DNA of 64,000 bases from the human T2T-CHM13v2.0 reference genome, Homo sapiens (GCA_009914755.4 CP068257.2:12544001-12608000), one strand, 5' to 3'; positions 26,000-40,350 are shown, counted from the stretch's first letter. The notes: generated by a model not told the origin, from the sequence alone. Made by a program: numbers and translations.

Positions 26000-27085
26000 T
26001 ATTACCTACAAATGAAACTTACCTACACTGATCTTAGTTCTCTTATGAAAAAAATAAGATGTTATCCCATCAAATAAACAATGTCATGGCTATCTTGTCT
26101 TTTGAAATATGTAGTAATAAGACTTATCTCTGGTTTGCTGTTCAATTTTCACCTTGAACGACAAAAGCTTTCTAAAAATAGTATAATGTACCACTTTTTG
26201 TATTTGTCATGATATTTTTGACCCATTGGCAATAAATAGACTATTGTCATTTTATTAGTACCAATGATGAAATTTCACCAAACTATTAATCAAAAGTCAC
26301 TTATTGAACACATTGATAAAGCATCATGTTCCCTTTGATTATCCCCTGTAACCAACACTCAACTACAAATAGGCTGGGATTCAATGTGGAGTGGTGGATT
26401 TCCTGAAAGAAAGTAGTGCAGATATTTAAGGATTGCATATTGTTCCTAATGAGGATGTAATAAACAGGCATTAGTACCCCTTTCTTTTAGTACCTAAATA
26501 TGTTGTTTCTGAGCCATATTCTTCTTCAGGTTTATTTTATAAAGTGAGGACATATGATAATGATACCAAAGGAAAGATAATTATCATGAAACCAACTTTT
26601 GGATCATTCCCTTTTTATACAATTGTGTATTTATAGGGATACCTTCCTCTTCTCACATATTAATTGTATGTCATTAAAATCAGTTGGCTATGTCAGTGTG
26701 TATTATTCACCTCTTTTGCTAGCAAGGTTTGAGATGCTATATTAACATTTAAATCATGAAAATGAGCAAGTAAATAGAATAATATTTTATTAATGTATGA
26801 TGTGTAATACTTATTGTCTAAATCAAGTTTCCTATTTTTGGTTTATTTATTTTAGAAGAAAAATAAAATTATTTGGGCATTTTTGTTTATAGCTCATTAC
26901 AAACTAGAGTGATGAATATATATATTTACTAAAGCTAATTGAAAGAGTCATGCAACTCAGTTGGGAATTAACCACTCAATTCAATAGTAAAAGCCATGCT
27001 TGGATGTTTCTTTTGCATGTTGCCTAGCATTTTATAGATATTTATTATTTAAAAAAATAAAGATATGTTTTTAATGAAGAGAGTA
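26000..27085 (+). other. RBM11: Putative RBM11 3'UTR, with a candidate poly(A) signal AATAAA at 27056-27061
   Basis: This is unique AT-rich sequence after the stop codon. An AATAAA lies about 1.06 kb downstream, just before the MaLR element that starts at 27196. The 3' end is inferred and cannot be proven from sequence. Other AATAAA motifs (for example at about 26073) could mark alternative sites. Confidence 0.4.
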
Positions 27086-27195
27086 ACTGAATTTTAATCT
27101 TGGTTACAAATATATAATATAGTGAAGTTTGAAACATAAATATTAGTTTATTTCTATCTAATCAAAATGAAAAACTAAATTTTGCTTTATGTAGC

Positions 27196-29588
27196 TGATA
27201 TGGTTTGGGTCTGTGTCCACACCCAAATCTGACCTTGAGTTGTAATCCCCATTATTCCCACATGTCAAGGGCAGGACCAGGTAGAGGTAATTGGATCATG
27301 GGGGCAGTTTCCCCCATGCTGTTCTTGCGATAATGAGTGAGTCTCATGAGATCTCATGGTTTCATAAGCATCTGGCATTTCCCCTGCTGGCACTCACTTC
27401 ATCCTGCTGCCTTGTGAAGAAGGTGCCTGCTTCTCCTTTGCCTTCTACCATGATTATATGTTTCCTGAAGGCCTCCCCAGCAGTGCAGAATTGTGAGTCA
27501 ATTAAACCTATTTCCTTTATTAATTACCCAGTATCAGGTATTTATTCGTACCAAATACAGTTATTTGGTACCAGGAGTGGGACACTGCTATAAGGTTCCC
27601 AGAAAATGGGGAAGAGACTTTGGAACTGGGTAACAGGCAGAGGTTGAAACAGTTTGAAAGGCTCAGAAGAAGACAGGAAAATGTGGGAAAGTTTGGAACT
27701 CCTTAGAGACTTGGAGGGCTCAGGAGACAGGAAGATGTGGGAAGGTTTGGAGCTTCATAGAGACTTGTGGCATAGCTTTGATCACAATGCTGATAGTGAT
27801 ATGGACAATGAAGTGCAGGCTGAGGTGGTCTCAGGTGGAGATGAGGAAGTTGTTGGAAACTGGAGTAAAGGTCACTCTTGTTGTGCTGTAGCAAAGAGAC
27901 TGGTGACGTTTTGTCCATGTCCTCTATAGATAGAGATCTGTGGAATTTTGAACTTGAGAGAGATGATTTATAGTATCTGGTGGAAGAAATTTCTAAGCAG
28001 TAAAGCATTCTACGATGTGACTTGGGTGCTCTTAAAAGCATTCAGTTTTATGCATTCACAAAGATATGGTTTGGAATTGTTTAAAAGGGAAGCAGAGCAT
28101 AACAGTTTGGAACATTTGCAGCCTGAGGATGAGACAGAAAAGAAAAACCCATTTCTGAAGAGAAATTCAAGTCAACTGCACAAATTTGCATAAGTAATGA
28201 GCCAAATGTTAATCACCATGACAATGGGAAAATGTCTGCAAGGATGTCAGAGGTCTTTATGGCAGCCCCTCCCATCAAAGGCCCAGAGGCCTAGGAGGAA
28301 AAAAATGGTTTCATGGGCCAGGTCCAGGGCCTTGCTGCTTTGTGCAGTCTCAGGACTTGGTGCCCTGCATTCCAGCTGTGGTTAAAAGGGACAAACATAC
28401 AGCTCAGGCCATTGCTTCAGAGGCTGCAAGACCCAAGGCCTGGCAGCTTCCATGTGTTGTTGAGCGTGTGGGTGCACAGAAGTCAAGAATTGAGGTGTGG
28501 GGACCTCCTCCTAGATTTCAGAGGATGTATGGAAACACCTGGATGTCCAGGCAGAAGTTTACTGCAGGGGCAGAGCCCTCATGGAGAATCTCTGCTAGGG
28601 CACTGCAGAAGGGAAATGTGGGGTTGGAGCCCCACAAAAGTCTTCACTGGGACCTTGCCTAGTGGAACTATGGAAGAGGGCTACTGTCCTTCAAACCCCA
28701 GAATGGTAGGTCCACCGACAGCTTGCACCATGCACCTGAAAAGCTGCAGACACTCAACACCAGCCTGTGAAAGCAGCCAGGAGGGGGGCTGTATCCTGAA
28801 AAGCCACAGGGGCAGAGCTGCCCAAGGCCATGGGAGTCTTGCATCAGCATGACTTGGATGTGAGACTTGGAGTCAAAGGAGATCATTTTGGAACTTTAAG
28901 GTTTAATGACTGCCCCTATTGGATTTCAGACCTGCATGGGTCCTGTAGCCTCTTTATTTTGGCCAATTTCTCTCGTTTGGAATGGGCATATTTACCCAAT
29001 GCCTGTATCCTCATTGTATCTAGGAAGTAACTAAGTTGCTTTTGATTTTACAGGCTCATAGGTGAAAGGGTCTTGCTTTGTCTCAGATGAGACTTTGGAC
29101 TTGGACTTTGGGTTAATGCTGGAATGAGTTAAGACTTTGGGGGACTGTTGGAAGGGCATGGTTGTGTTCTGAAATGTGAGGATGTGAAATTTGGGAGGTC
29201 CAAGGGCGGAATGACATGGTCTGGGTCTGTGTCCCCATCCAAATCTCACCTTGAATTGTAATCCCCATTATCCCCACATATCAAGGGCAGGACCAGGTGG
29301 AGGTAATTGGATCATGGGGATGGTTTCCCCCATGCTGTTCTCATGATAATGAGTGAGTCTCAGAAGATCTGATGGTGTTTTAAGCGTCTGGCATTTCCCT
29401 GCTGGTATTCACTTCATCCTGCTGCCTTGTGAAGAAGGTGCCTGCTGCTTCTTTGCCTTCCACCATGATCATAAGTTTCCTGAGGCCTCCCCAGCAGGGC
29501 AGAACTGTGAGTCAATTAAACCTCTTTCTTTTATAAATTACCCAGTCTCAGGCATTTCTTCATAGCAGCATAAGAACAGACTAATACA
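27196..29588 (+). mobile_element. Full-length MaLR (ERVL-MaLR) element of MSTA/MST-int type. The 5' LTR is 27196-27559, the internal region 27560-29211 and the 3' LTR 29212-29588. The 5-bp TSD is GTAGC (27191-27195 and 29589-29593).
   Basis: Both LTRs start tga[tc]atggt[ct]tgggtctgtgtcc and end ...aattacccagt[ac]tcagg...aataca. The internal sequence (ggtaccaggagtgggacactgctataag...tttggaactgggtaacaggcagagg...) matches MST/THE1-int. The LTRs are about 88-90% identical to each other, which points to an ancient insertion. There is no intact ORF. The listed ORFs 27654-28852 are internal-region noise. Confidence 0.8.
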
Positions 29589-31394
29589 GTAGCTTTATCT
29601 ATAATTCATGTTTTTGAAAATTTAAACTGGAAAATACAAGATTTTTTTCTTTTAAAATTCACATTTTTGCAACTTGGAATCATGCCAAAGGGAAAAATAT
29701 GTTTCTGAGTAATTAGAAAATAATAGATCTTTAAACAACTTATTAACTTCCACTCAGCCTTTCCTTTAGTTCTGAAGTTTACCTTAGCCCTAAATTATTT
29801 CATTGTGATTGGCATTTTAGGAAATATGTATTAAGGAATGTCTCTTAGCAGATAAGGATAACATATGTCTAAGAAAATTATATTGAAATATTATTACATG
29901 AACTAAAATGTTAGAACTGAAAAAAAATTATTGTAACTCCTTCCAGCATAGGCAGGAGTATCTAGATATCAACTTTAACAACTCAACTTTAACAACTTCG
30001 AACCAACCAGATGGCTAGGAGATTCACCTATTTAGCATGATATCTTTTATTGATAAAAAAAATATAAAACTTCCATTAAATTTTTAAACTATTACAATCC
30101 TATTAAATTTTAACTTACCAGTGTTCTCAATGCTACATAATTTAAAATCATTGAAATCTTCTGATTTTAATTCCTCAGTCTTGAAATCTACTTATTTTTA
30201 GTTACATATATATCCAATCTACTGCCGCTAGTAGAAGAAGCTTGGAATTTGAGAAAAAAATCAGACGTTTTGTATATTCTCATATTCACTAATTTATTTT
30301 TTAAATGAGTTTCTGCAATGCATCAAGCAGTGGCAAAACAGGAGAAAAATTAAAATTGGTCGAAAAGATATGTGTGCCAAACAATCCCTTGAAATTTGAT
30401 GAAGTGACTAATCCTGAGTTATTGTTTCAAATGTGTACCTGTTTATACAACGGTATCACCTTTGAAATCTCAACATTAAATGAAATTTTATAAGCAATTT
30501 GTTGTAACATGATTATTATAAAATTCTGATATAACATTTGTTATTACCTGTTTAGAGTTTAAAGAGAGAAAAGGAGTTAAGAATTATTACATTTTCATTA
30601 GCATTGTTCAGGTGCAAAAACTTCTAACACTATCTTCAAATCTTTTTCTCCATTGCCTTCTGAACATACCCACTTGGGTATCTCATTAGCACTGCAAATT
30701 CAACATTTTCGATTGCTAATTTTTCTCCCTAAATATTTATTTGTTTTCTCAGCTTTAGCCAATGTTTCACTATTGACCATTTGCTCAAGTATAGTGACGT
30801 TGCTTCAATGACCTTCAGAGAGCTGTTTCAGTCCTTCCTGGACTACTTGCATGCTTCCAACAAAATGAAGCACTCTTGATGTCAGTCACTCAAATAAATG
30901 GAAATGGGCCCATTTACTAGGAATGTTAACAGAATAAAAAGATAGACGTGACACCAGTTGCTTCAGTCCATCTCCATTTACTTGCTTAAGGCCTGACCAT
31001 ATTTCTCACAGTTGATATGGTGCAGGGCACATGTTTAAATGGCTGTTCTTGTAGGATGGTTTGACTGTTGGATTCCTCATCTTCCCTCTCCTTAGGAAGG
31101 AAGGTTACAGTAGTACTGTTGGCTCCTGGAATATAGATTCATAAAGAACTAATGGAGTTTCATCTCCCACTGCTCTTGTGTGTGGTCAAAGTTCAGATCC
31201 TTTACAGTTTCCACATTCTACCTCTATTTCTACTCATCCTAGTAAAGCCAGTTACTTCAGAAATTAGTCTGTCTCTCATTAATTTACTCCTCATTAAGAA
31301 AAGTCAACTAATAGCCTGGGCTTGATTTTGGGGAAAATGAGCACTAATATATAAATCTCTGGAAATCTTATTTTACTTTACAAAATTCAAAAAG

Positions 31395-31416
31395 CTTTTT
31401 TTTTTTTTTTTTTAAC
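31395..31416. repeat. Mononucleotide T run of about 21 bases
   Basis: The sequence is aaagctttttttttttttttttttaacaaagg. Confidence 0.9.
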
Positions 31417-32829
31417 AAAGGATACTATTTGCTTCCACACCTCAAGCCCAGGTGAGTTCAGTGAGTACAGTTTCTCCAATTTGCCCTGAGATTTGCTGAG
31501 GTACTTGGTGAAGATTTTATTTTGCCTAGTCAAAATGAGTTCTAAAAAGTCACAAAATGCCCCAGCTGTGGGCTAAGTTTATTTATTCACATCAATCATT
31601 CCCAACCCACAAAAATTACCTCATGTATATGCAGAACCTGCCATAGCAAGTAAAGACAAGCAATCTATTATCTGGTTCCAGGTGAAATTTTCTTTTGCGC
31701 TTCTAATACCAACTTCGCACCAGCAGGTTATATAAGGATTGACGAAAACACATATATACTTATATTGTAATTAGATAACATAACCAGTATATAAAGATGC
31801 AAACTAATGTACTCTCTGTGTTAAAAACTTGGAATGATTGATCCCAACAAGCCTTTATAACAAGTTTTACTGCAAGGAATCTGAATCTAACAATAGTTGG
31901 CTCAATTACTTTACCTTGTTTGGGAAACATAATCAAAACATTCTCTAAATGATAGTGTTGATCAGTCCAACACACTATATGAATCCTAATAATGTTTTTG
32001 CTTCTATTTTCATATGAGAAGAGTAACATCCTGGATAGGAAAATAACCCTCACCCCAGCCACGTACCCCAAGCTGACTATGTCTTCATTGATTTTATTCC
32101 AACCTCCAAGGTTAATCACAAGGGAAACATTGCAGACTCATTCTGCAATCAGAACTTGTCAATCAGAATCCTAAGAGTTATTCTAGACAACTTCCCATGT
32201 ACATTTCTAGGAGGTCATTAGCTCCTCATTGTGACCTTGTTTAGTTTCTCTTTATTTCTTGCTTAGAATATCCATTAAGCAAATCAATCAACAATGATTG
32301 AATATAATTCTAAACATTAATTTTAGTGCTGAGGCTACATTACTGAAAATGTATGGTCCCAACATTCGAGAAGCTACTGGTCTATTGGTATTGATGGAAA
32401 GATAGATGACATCAGGATAATGCTATAATATAATATAGGTAAACACAGAGCATAATGAGAGTGCAAGACAAGCTTCATTCCTCAAGAAAATAAATCCTGG
32501 GAAGAAAAAAGGGAATCACCTGACTATACAGAATAAAGGAGGTAATCCAGGAGTTCGACAGCTTTCTGTACAAACTCTCAGCCTTTCTCATATCTTCAGC
32601 TCTGCACTTCATCCTTCCTTAGAAAGGTGGCATCAAGTTTTAAGCCCGTGCAAGTAAAATGGCTTGCTGCTTGCTAGTTACCACTCCATCGCCTTGAGAA
32701 TATAGGGGCTTGGGATATGGCAGTACAGAAAAAAAGATAAAAATCCCTGCTCTCATGGAACTCATATTCTATCAAGAAGATAGAATAATTAAGATAAATA
32801 AAATATAAAGTTATATTTTAATAATTGAT

Positions 32830-34250
32830 AATTACGAGGAAATGCAGGGAAAGCTTTAGGGATTACAGAGCCAAAGCTGGAGAGAGAGTAAGCCATATGG
32901 ATAGCTGAGGGAAGAGCATTCCAAGCAGAATAAACAGCAGATGAAGGCCCACGGAGGAAGCATTCCTGGGAGAAAGTGAAGGAAGCCAATGTAGTGGAGG
33001 AAGTTGACTAAGGGACCTTAGAAGTTATTGTACGGACTTTGACATATATTCTTAGTGAGGGTGCTTTGTGAATGGGAGTGGAGACAAGGATAGAAATATT
33101 GAGACCATTGAAGTTAGCCAGCCAAGAAAAGAGGATTGCTTGGATCAAAAGGTAGAAACAGAAAGGTAAGATGTTGTCATATTCTGGATATACTTTAAAG
33201 GTAGAGCCAACAGTTTACTAAGCATCCTTAATATTGAGAAAGAATAAATGGCATCAACAATGATTCCAAGAGTTTTGGTCAGAGCAACTGGAAGAATGAA
33301 GTTACTTATTGATATAGAGGAAACAGTGTAGGAACAGGTTTTGGAGAAAAATCAGGAGCAGAATTTTGGACATGTTCATTCCGATTTGCATATTAGGCAT
33401 CTAATAGGAGATAGGAGTTTGTACACACAAGTCTGGAATCCAGGGGAGAGGTCTAGGTTGACGATATAGGCATTAGAATTATTGGCATATTCGTGGTAGT
33501 TAAAACCTAGAGACTGGATGAAATTGCCTTAGAAGTGAGTGAAGATAGAAAGGAAACGAGTCCAAGGATTGCCCTGGGTCTTACCAGTCAGTATTTGTAC
33601 CTCAAGGAGATGAGGAACAGCCAGCAAGGTATAATGACAAACAGAATGCGATGTCTGTGAAACCAAATGAAAAAATGTTTTAAGGAGGAAGATACAGTGA
33701 GTTGTGTCATATTCTATTGACAGGTCAGGCAGGGTGAGGACGCAAAACTGATCACTGGCCAGGTGCAGTGGCTCACGCCTGTAATCCCAGATATTTGGGG
33801 AGGCTGAGGCAGGTGGATCACTTGAGCTCAGGAGTTCAAGGCCAGCCTGGCCAGCACGGTGAAACTCCATCTCTACAAAAAAATATAGAAAGTATCTGGG
33901 CATGATGGCTCATGCCTGTATTCTCAGCTACTTGGGAGGCTGAGGCAGGAGAATCGCTTCAACCCGGGAGGTGGATGTCACAGTGAGCCGAGATTGTGTC
34001 ACTGAACTCCAGCCTGGGCAACAGAGTGAGAATCAGTAAAAAAAAAAAAAAAAAAGAGAGAGAGAGAGAGAATTGACCATTAAATTTAGCCATGATCCTT
34101 GATCTAAGACATTTTGAATGTCTTGATTCTGACAAAAGCATGATTGGAGTTATTTCAAGTGAGAATAGAAGTAAATAAGGGGAAGACTGCAAAAAGGAGA
34201 TAACTTACTCAAATGCCCTGTTGTGAAGTGGTGCAGAGAAGTAGTACCAT
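32830..34250. mobile_element. Ancient interspersed repeat (unclassified by eye), interrupted by the Alu at 33757-34055
   Basis: The segments gggaagagcattccaagcagaataaacagc..., tctggatatactttaaaggtagagccaacag... and ...gagaattgaccattaaatttagccatgatccttg resemble a common mammalian-wide repeat consensus. The homology continues on both sides of the Alu. Confidence 0.3.
33757..34055 (+). mobile_element. Alu SINE with an A18 tail, followed by an (AG)n microsatellite at 34056-34070
   Basis: The body reads ggccaggtgcagtggctcacgcctgtaatcccagatatttggggaggctgagg ... agtgagaatcagtaaaaaaaaaaaaaaaaaagagagagagagag. Confidence 0.9.
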
Positions 34251-36537
34251 AACTCAAAGAGGATAAATGATCAAGAAAGATTTTTGGTGGGTTTGTTTAA
34301 TCAAAGACCTAAAGAATTTCTAAAATGTAGTGGTTTATTTTTTCATTCTCTGTGATTAAACAGTTTTTAAAAAATTATTTACATTTGTTGTAACTGGATT
34401 TTTGGAGGAAGAGGAGTTAAAACTGTCTGTTTTTCATATGTCATGTTTAAAAAGAAGTTCTGTGTACTTATTCACTTGTTTTTAAAATCCTTTTTATTAA
34501 GGTCTTAAGAAAATTAACTGTTTGTTTTTTGTGTATGTTTCACAAAATTTTCCAGTTTGCTTTTTGTTTTCTTTCAAGAACAGAAGAGTTTAATTTTCAT
34601 ATCATTAATATGTAGTCAAACATCAGTGTTTTTTATGGTTTCTAGGTTTTTGTAATTATGCTTAGAAAACTCTTTTACAATCAAAAATTAAGGGAAAACA
34701 TCAATTATGTTTTCTCTTAGAATTTTATTACTTTTAATATTAAATATTGGATCATGGAGTATTGCATTAGGATATAAGGAGGTAAAATCTTTAGATTTTA
34801 AAAAGTACAACTGAAGCAATTTTGAGTTTGTTTTTCATTTGTTTGTTTTTCCGAACACCTGCTTGAAGGCTTATTACACCAAAATACGTAATTATATTCT
34901 GACTTTAGGTAATCCTGCAGAAGATGCAGTCCTGATGAATGAAGTGAATATTCCAACTAACTTAATTTATTCCCACCTCAGCCATTGGAATGGAAGTTTG
35001 AAGCAGAAAGTAAGTTGAAGTAAAGAAGGTTTTACCTTAGCTGAGTTCGTAGAATGAGATGCCAGCCTTCTGCATAGAACACATACCACACTCAGTAAGG
35101 GGTTCCAGTGAAGCAGATTCCATTTCCACCTGAGGTAACAAAGTAAGTTTTATGCAGATGGTCACATTAAACTCGAATTTAGAAGAATTAGTGGTATTTT
35201 GAAACATCCAGAGTGAGAAGATTATTTAAATGGCCAGTTTAGAGGCAGAAAAATAAAAGGCATAATACAAACATGGAAAATAATATTGGGGGAATTTAAA
35301 GAATTTAAGTAAGACATGGTTAAAGACATTTTGAAATGTGAAAGCCAACTAAATAGAATTCAAGAAAAATCTGAAGAAATATGACACACTTTAAAATAAT
35401 GTAAGAAATTTGGCTGCTATCATTAATTTTTTTAGTAGATGAGTGAGTCTCTAAGGAAAGTCAACTGTCAGCTTTTTGCAAGGAGCAAGACTTTCTGAAA
35501 ATGACCCAGGTTATCTGCTCTTGACAAAGAAATAGCTGAAATGAGGATTTTCTCCCACTTCTCCTAGCCAGGAAAGTAAAATCCAAGCCCAATTTCCAAT
35601 GGAACAAGAGGCTTCCACAGTTCTACCCACAAGAAGTGGGGACTGAAACTTCCCATGTGCCCAGGGTCTTCACGTTCAAGGCAGTAGTGGCCTCTACAAC
35701 AGCACACAAACCCACAAGCACACAGTTTCAGCACGCTTCTCTGAGGGAATAAATGGAGAATGGTAAACTGTGCCTTATCTTGTCTTGCTCTAAACTTCTC
35801 CACTGAAGTCTATTCTTTAACCCATCTATACGATGGTAAGAAATTTATGCCGAGTCCTGTTGTAAGACAAGTCTTGATTCCAAAGGGACCCATCTTACAG
35901 GACATCAAACTATAAGAAACAAGTGTTTGAAACCATGGACACAAAAAATTAATGGATCTCTTTTTCAAACTGTGGATCTATGGAGCTATAATTTGTTTTT
36001 CTTAATAAAGATGCAAATCAGAACAGCCATTTGCTGCAATTTCCACCTTTCAAATAAATGCATACAAGTAAAACCTGATTAAAATAAATATCACATTCAG
36101 AAAACAGCAATATAAGAAGCTCCAAAAGATCAGCCTGTGAATTTTACATGGAAATGGAATAGGGGAAGTTACAGGTCATTACTTTGATGAAATTCCCAGA
36201 TCTATTTTTCCAGCAAACTGGGTCCACCTCCACCTTCTACCCACAGAACATCCAGCCACCTACACACTAGCTTCTTCCCCCTCACCAAGTCCATCCAAGT
36301 AGAACTTAGCCAGTCATTCTGATCCACTGCACCCTAGGAGTAATTGAGAACCATATGAAAAAAATGTGTGCAGGATACCATAATGTTCTTTTCTGAAGAA
36401 CATTAAAGATAAATTCACTGAACTGTATCAAAGAACTAAATTTTCAGGCAATGGTATGAAAACAATATTAATCAAGCTTTCTTTGTTTGCTGCTGAGTAA
36501 TTGAGTAACGTTCATTACTCTATTTTGGGAGTAGGAA

Positions 36538-36568
36538 AGTGAATGAATGAATGAATGAATGAATGAGG
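36538..36568. repeat. (GAAT)n/(TGAA)n tetranucleotide microsatellite of about 7 units
   Basis: The sequence is gtgaatgaatgaatgaatgaatgaatgaatgagg. Confidence 0.9.
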
Positions 36569-39500
36569 GACTAAGCTGTAAGAGGTTAATAATCACAATA
36601 ACTACTATTTATTCAGGCTATTGCACTCCAAACATTAGCCTTGAGAATAACACCATAGGGATGAGGAAATTGCAGTTCAGTTGCCCAAAAACACACATCT
36701 TTTTTTATCAAAGAAAAGCTAGAATACAAATCTTGTGGGACTCGTTCCAGTGTCCTTAATATTTATTACCACACTGATGGTACTAAGGATCTACTTGCAG
36801 GGTCTACAATAACTGGAAAGTGATTTCAAATGAAAATTTGCTTAACAGAAATGATGATTAGCTCTTGCTAGAACTGATTTCATTGTTACCAGTCTCCTAG
36901 ATATAATCCTGGGCCTACTAGACTAAGGATGAAGCTCTATGTAAATATTCTGCCTTAGCTTAATGTAAATTTCAGATCTATTAAACTTACTTCAGGAAAA
37001 TGAAATGGAGGCTTTCCTATAATATTCTGTGCAAGAGAACCATTTTATGATAAAACTGCTTTTTTATTCTTTGACCACTTAAATTGTCCTACTTTAGCTT
37101 TTTATTTCTCCAAGTTTCAATAATATTCACTAATTGGAAAATACGTTTTCTTGACAAAATATGCACTATTTAGAAAATATAGGTACCGGAAATTTTTTAA
37201 AAAAACTAATGAAGTGAGTGTGTGCTTAAGAAAAGAAGTATCGTACCCAAACAAAACAATGCAAATAAATTTTGAATGCAGAAAAACCTACCTTTTACAA
37301 AGATGAATGACAATGAAATGTCACCTTCTTAACTATTTTTATGTACTTCACTTTTTTGTTTTTGCTTCATTCAATTTTTATTGAATCAAACTTTAAGCAA
37401 ACTTGCTTAACGAAATCTGAAATTGGGGAGTGACTGTATTGAAATTTGAAAGAAAGCTACAATGTAAGGCAGGGTTGTTGCCCAGAGAGCCTAGCAGCTG
37501 CCTGACAAGACACCTGACAAGCTGGAATTGTTGAATTCAGCAGGGTTCAGGGCCTAGTCTTTCATTTTGAAGTTCAGGAGCCTGATTATATCTGCACATC
37601 TATTACGGATTGCTTCACATTAAATAATCTCATTTACAAACCAATCCCTCTCTCACCATGATTGACATTATAACAACCATTTTGATTAAAGGATACAACT
37701 TCTTTAGGTCACATATTTCTAAAGTAGCTAAGCATACATGACCCACAACAGGCTAGTCTTCCTTGTGATCTTCCTCTTCTAGCCAAAAGTGATAAGTCAG
37801 TATTGGTGCTCAATCCAAAGTAGGCCAATCATGGTTGATTCTGCTGGAAAATACAAAAGAGAAAGAGTAGCTATATTCAGAAAATGTAAATCTAAGGGCT
37901 GTCTGTAGCCATGTTTTCATCTTGTGGCTAAATGAAACATGAAGTCCTTTACAGAGTATATTAACATTAATCTGCAGAGAAAGCAGGAAAAAAGAAAATA
38001 ATAAAGGCATGTGAGACTTCCTAAGACCTAGTAGTTTTACAATATGTTCCCTCTTTTCGCTTAGGTATTTGATTTGGATTCTAAGTAATACACTCTTTAA
38101 TACAAATATTTTTTGTAAAGTAAAAATCATAGATCTAGCTGGTAGAGATCTCTCTGTTAAAATCTGAATTCCGTCACTTCTAATCTTTCACTTAGAGGAA
38201 GTTGCTTAATAGTGCTTGTCTGGGTTTTCTCTTCAGAATGATTGTGGTAATTTACATTTCTACCAGCTGTTTATGAGATATTTTCCAACAGTTTCACCCT
38301 CACTAGATATTTAATGTCTTTAATATTTGCTAATCACCAATCTAATAAATGTGCTACTTTGTTGATACTTACATTTTCATATGCTTTATTATAAAATAAC
38401 ACATATGAGGAAAAGAAGGTTGAATTTTTTTTCTTGTTTATTAATCATTTCCTGATTCATGTGAATTAAATTCTTGGTCCATTCTTCCTATTAGGGGCTC
38501 ATGTTTTTCTAAATTATTTTTAAGAGGTCCTTATATAGCAGAAGTAACAACTATTGGTATCTGTAATTTTTGCAAATATAGTTTCCCTGTTTGTCACTTG
38601 CTTTCTATTTTGTTCAGATATCTTTGAGCTGGAGAATTTACAGTGTGTACTCAAGCCTAAGTCTGTTTTCTCTGTTTTGGTGTATGCCTTGTTTGATTTT
38701 CTCAGGAAGCCTTTTTATTATTAAATTATGCGACTATTTCTAGCTTTTCCTCTGGCATGTTATTTCATCTTTCACATTTAAATGTTTAATCTACCTAGAA
38801 TTAATGTTATTGTGTGGTATAAGTTAAGGGTCTATCCTCATCTATGTTCCAATTGGTTAAAGTAACTCTTCAGTTGTATAGTAAATCCTTACTTGTTTGT
38901 GTCTCGGTGTTTTTTATTCTAATCCATTAAACTATCTGGTTTTACAATACTGCATTGTTTTAATTACTCTAGCTTCCAAATAATGTACTATTTCCAGAGG
39001 CTTTTTCATTTCCATAAAACATTTAAACTAATAAAGTTTTGTTGCAATTAAAATGTGTTTTTCTGCTTGTTTTATTTGATTGATGTAAAATACTTTAAAT
39101 TCAATAACTTCTTACCAATAATTTTATAAAGAACCTGACAAAATAATCACTTTGAAGAGTTAACTTTGCTTTGAATTCCTGTCTCCTCTTTTCTAATGTA
39201 AGGTGAAAGATCTACAGTACTGGCAATTCATTTTAAAAATATATATGAAAAGACTGCCCTTCTGTGACAATATAATTCACACTTTTATCAATTTTACTAG
39301 TTTTCAGTAGACTTCAGGGTGAAGAGGATAAAACAGCATCCATACTTTTGAACATTTATGTAAATATATCATTAGAAATAAATAATAAAGGGAAATTTAT
39401 TTCCAAATCACTCTCCTTTTTTCTTTTCTCACTTTTTTCTTCTCTCTCTCATCTTTGTTCAACTGATAGCTCTTGTAACACAGAAATTTATGTTTCATTA

Positions 39501-39984
39501 TGCATATTCTTTACCAATTATAAAAATGGGCCAATCCTATTTCAAGTGATATTGATACCTAATACTGAAAAAAGGGCTAAACGTCCCAAAGTCTTTGAAC
39601 ATCTTTATGTTAAAAAGGTGTTGTACTACATAGAGAGCTTTATTCTGTGACTCTGTGGCATCTGGAAACCAGGAAGAGCCTGCTCTGGAATTCATATAAC
39701 ATGGCCTCTGGCTGAAGAGTGGAAATACCAAGTCTTATTGGAGAGAGTCAAGGTGGTATAATTATTACAGGTAGACATGTATATGCCCACTGTGTCTTAA
39801 GTGAACGTGTATGTGAAAAGGAGGAGGAACTGTAGCACATGGCAGAGTTATCTGTTCTCTCTAGGCTGCTAGATTTAAGAACACCAGAAACAGCAATCCG
39901 GCTTCAACTGAGAAATCTGCTGAGGAAGTTTTTTCTAGCTGAGACAAACATGAAGGCAGGAATGTTTTGTAGGTCTGCTATAGA

Positions 39985-40350
39985 CTGAATGTTTGTGCCC
40001 CCACAAAATTCATATGTTGAAGCCAAATACTCAGTGTCATGGTATTTGGAGGTGAGGCCTTTGGAAAGTAATTAGGTCATGAGGATGGAGTTTCCATGAA
40101 TGAGATTACTATCCTTATAAGAAGAGACATAAGAGAGCTTATTTCCTCTTTCTTTCTGATCTCCACCATGTGAAAATATAAGGCTGTCATCTGCAAAACA
40201 GGAAGTAGGCCCTCACCAGATACCAGATCTATCAACACCTTGATCTTGGATTTCCCAGCCTTCAGAACTGTAAGAAGTAAATGTTTACTGTTTAAGCCAG
40301 CCAGATTGTGGTATATTTGTTATAGCAGACTGAACTGACTAAGATAAGGC
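39985..40350 (+). mobile_element. ERV-L/MaLR-class LTR fragment (MLT-like), family not assigned
   Basis: It carries ...gtgcccccacaaaattcatatgttgaagccaaatactcagtgtcatggtatttggaggtgaggcctttgg...ccttataagaagagacataagagagc...ctgcaaaacaggaagtaggccctcaccagataccagatctatcaacaccttgatcttggatttcccagccttcagaactgtaagaagtaaatgtttactgtttaagccagccagattgtggtatatttgttatagcagactgaactgactaag. This is a very common LTR consensus pattern. Confidence 0.5.

Noticed and set aside
27654-28886. A cluster of ORFs (91-179 aa) on both strands, including a 179-aa ORF at 28313-28852
   Set aside because: They lie inside the internal region of the MaLR (MST/THE1-int) retroelement, which is known to lack functional genes. The translations are low-complexity with no recognisable domains.
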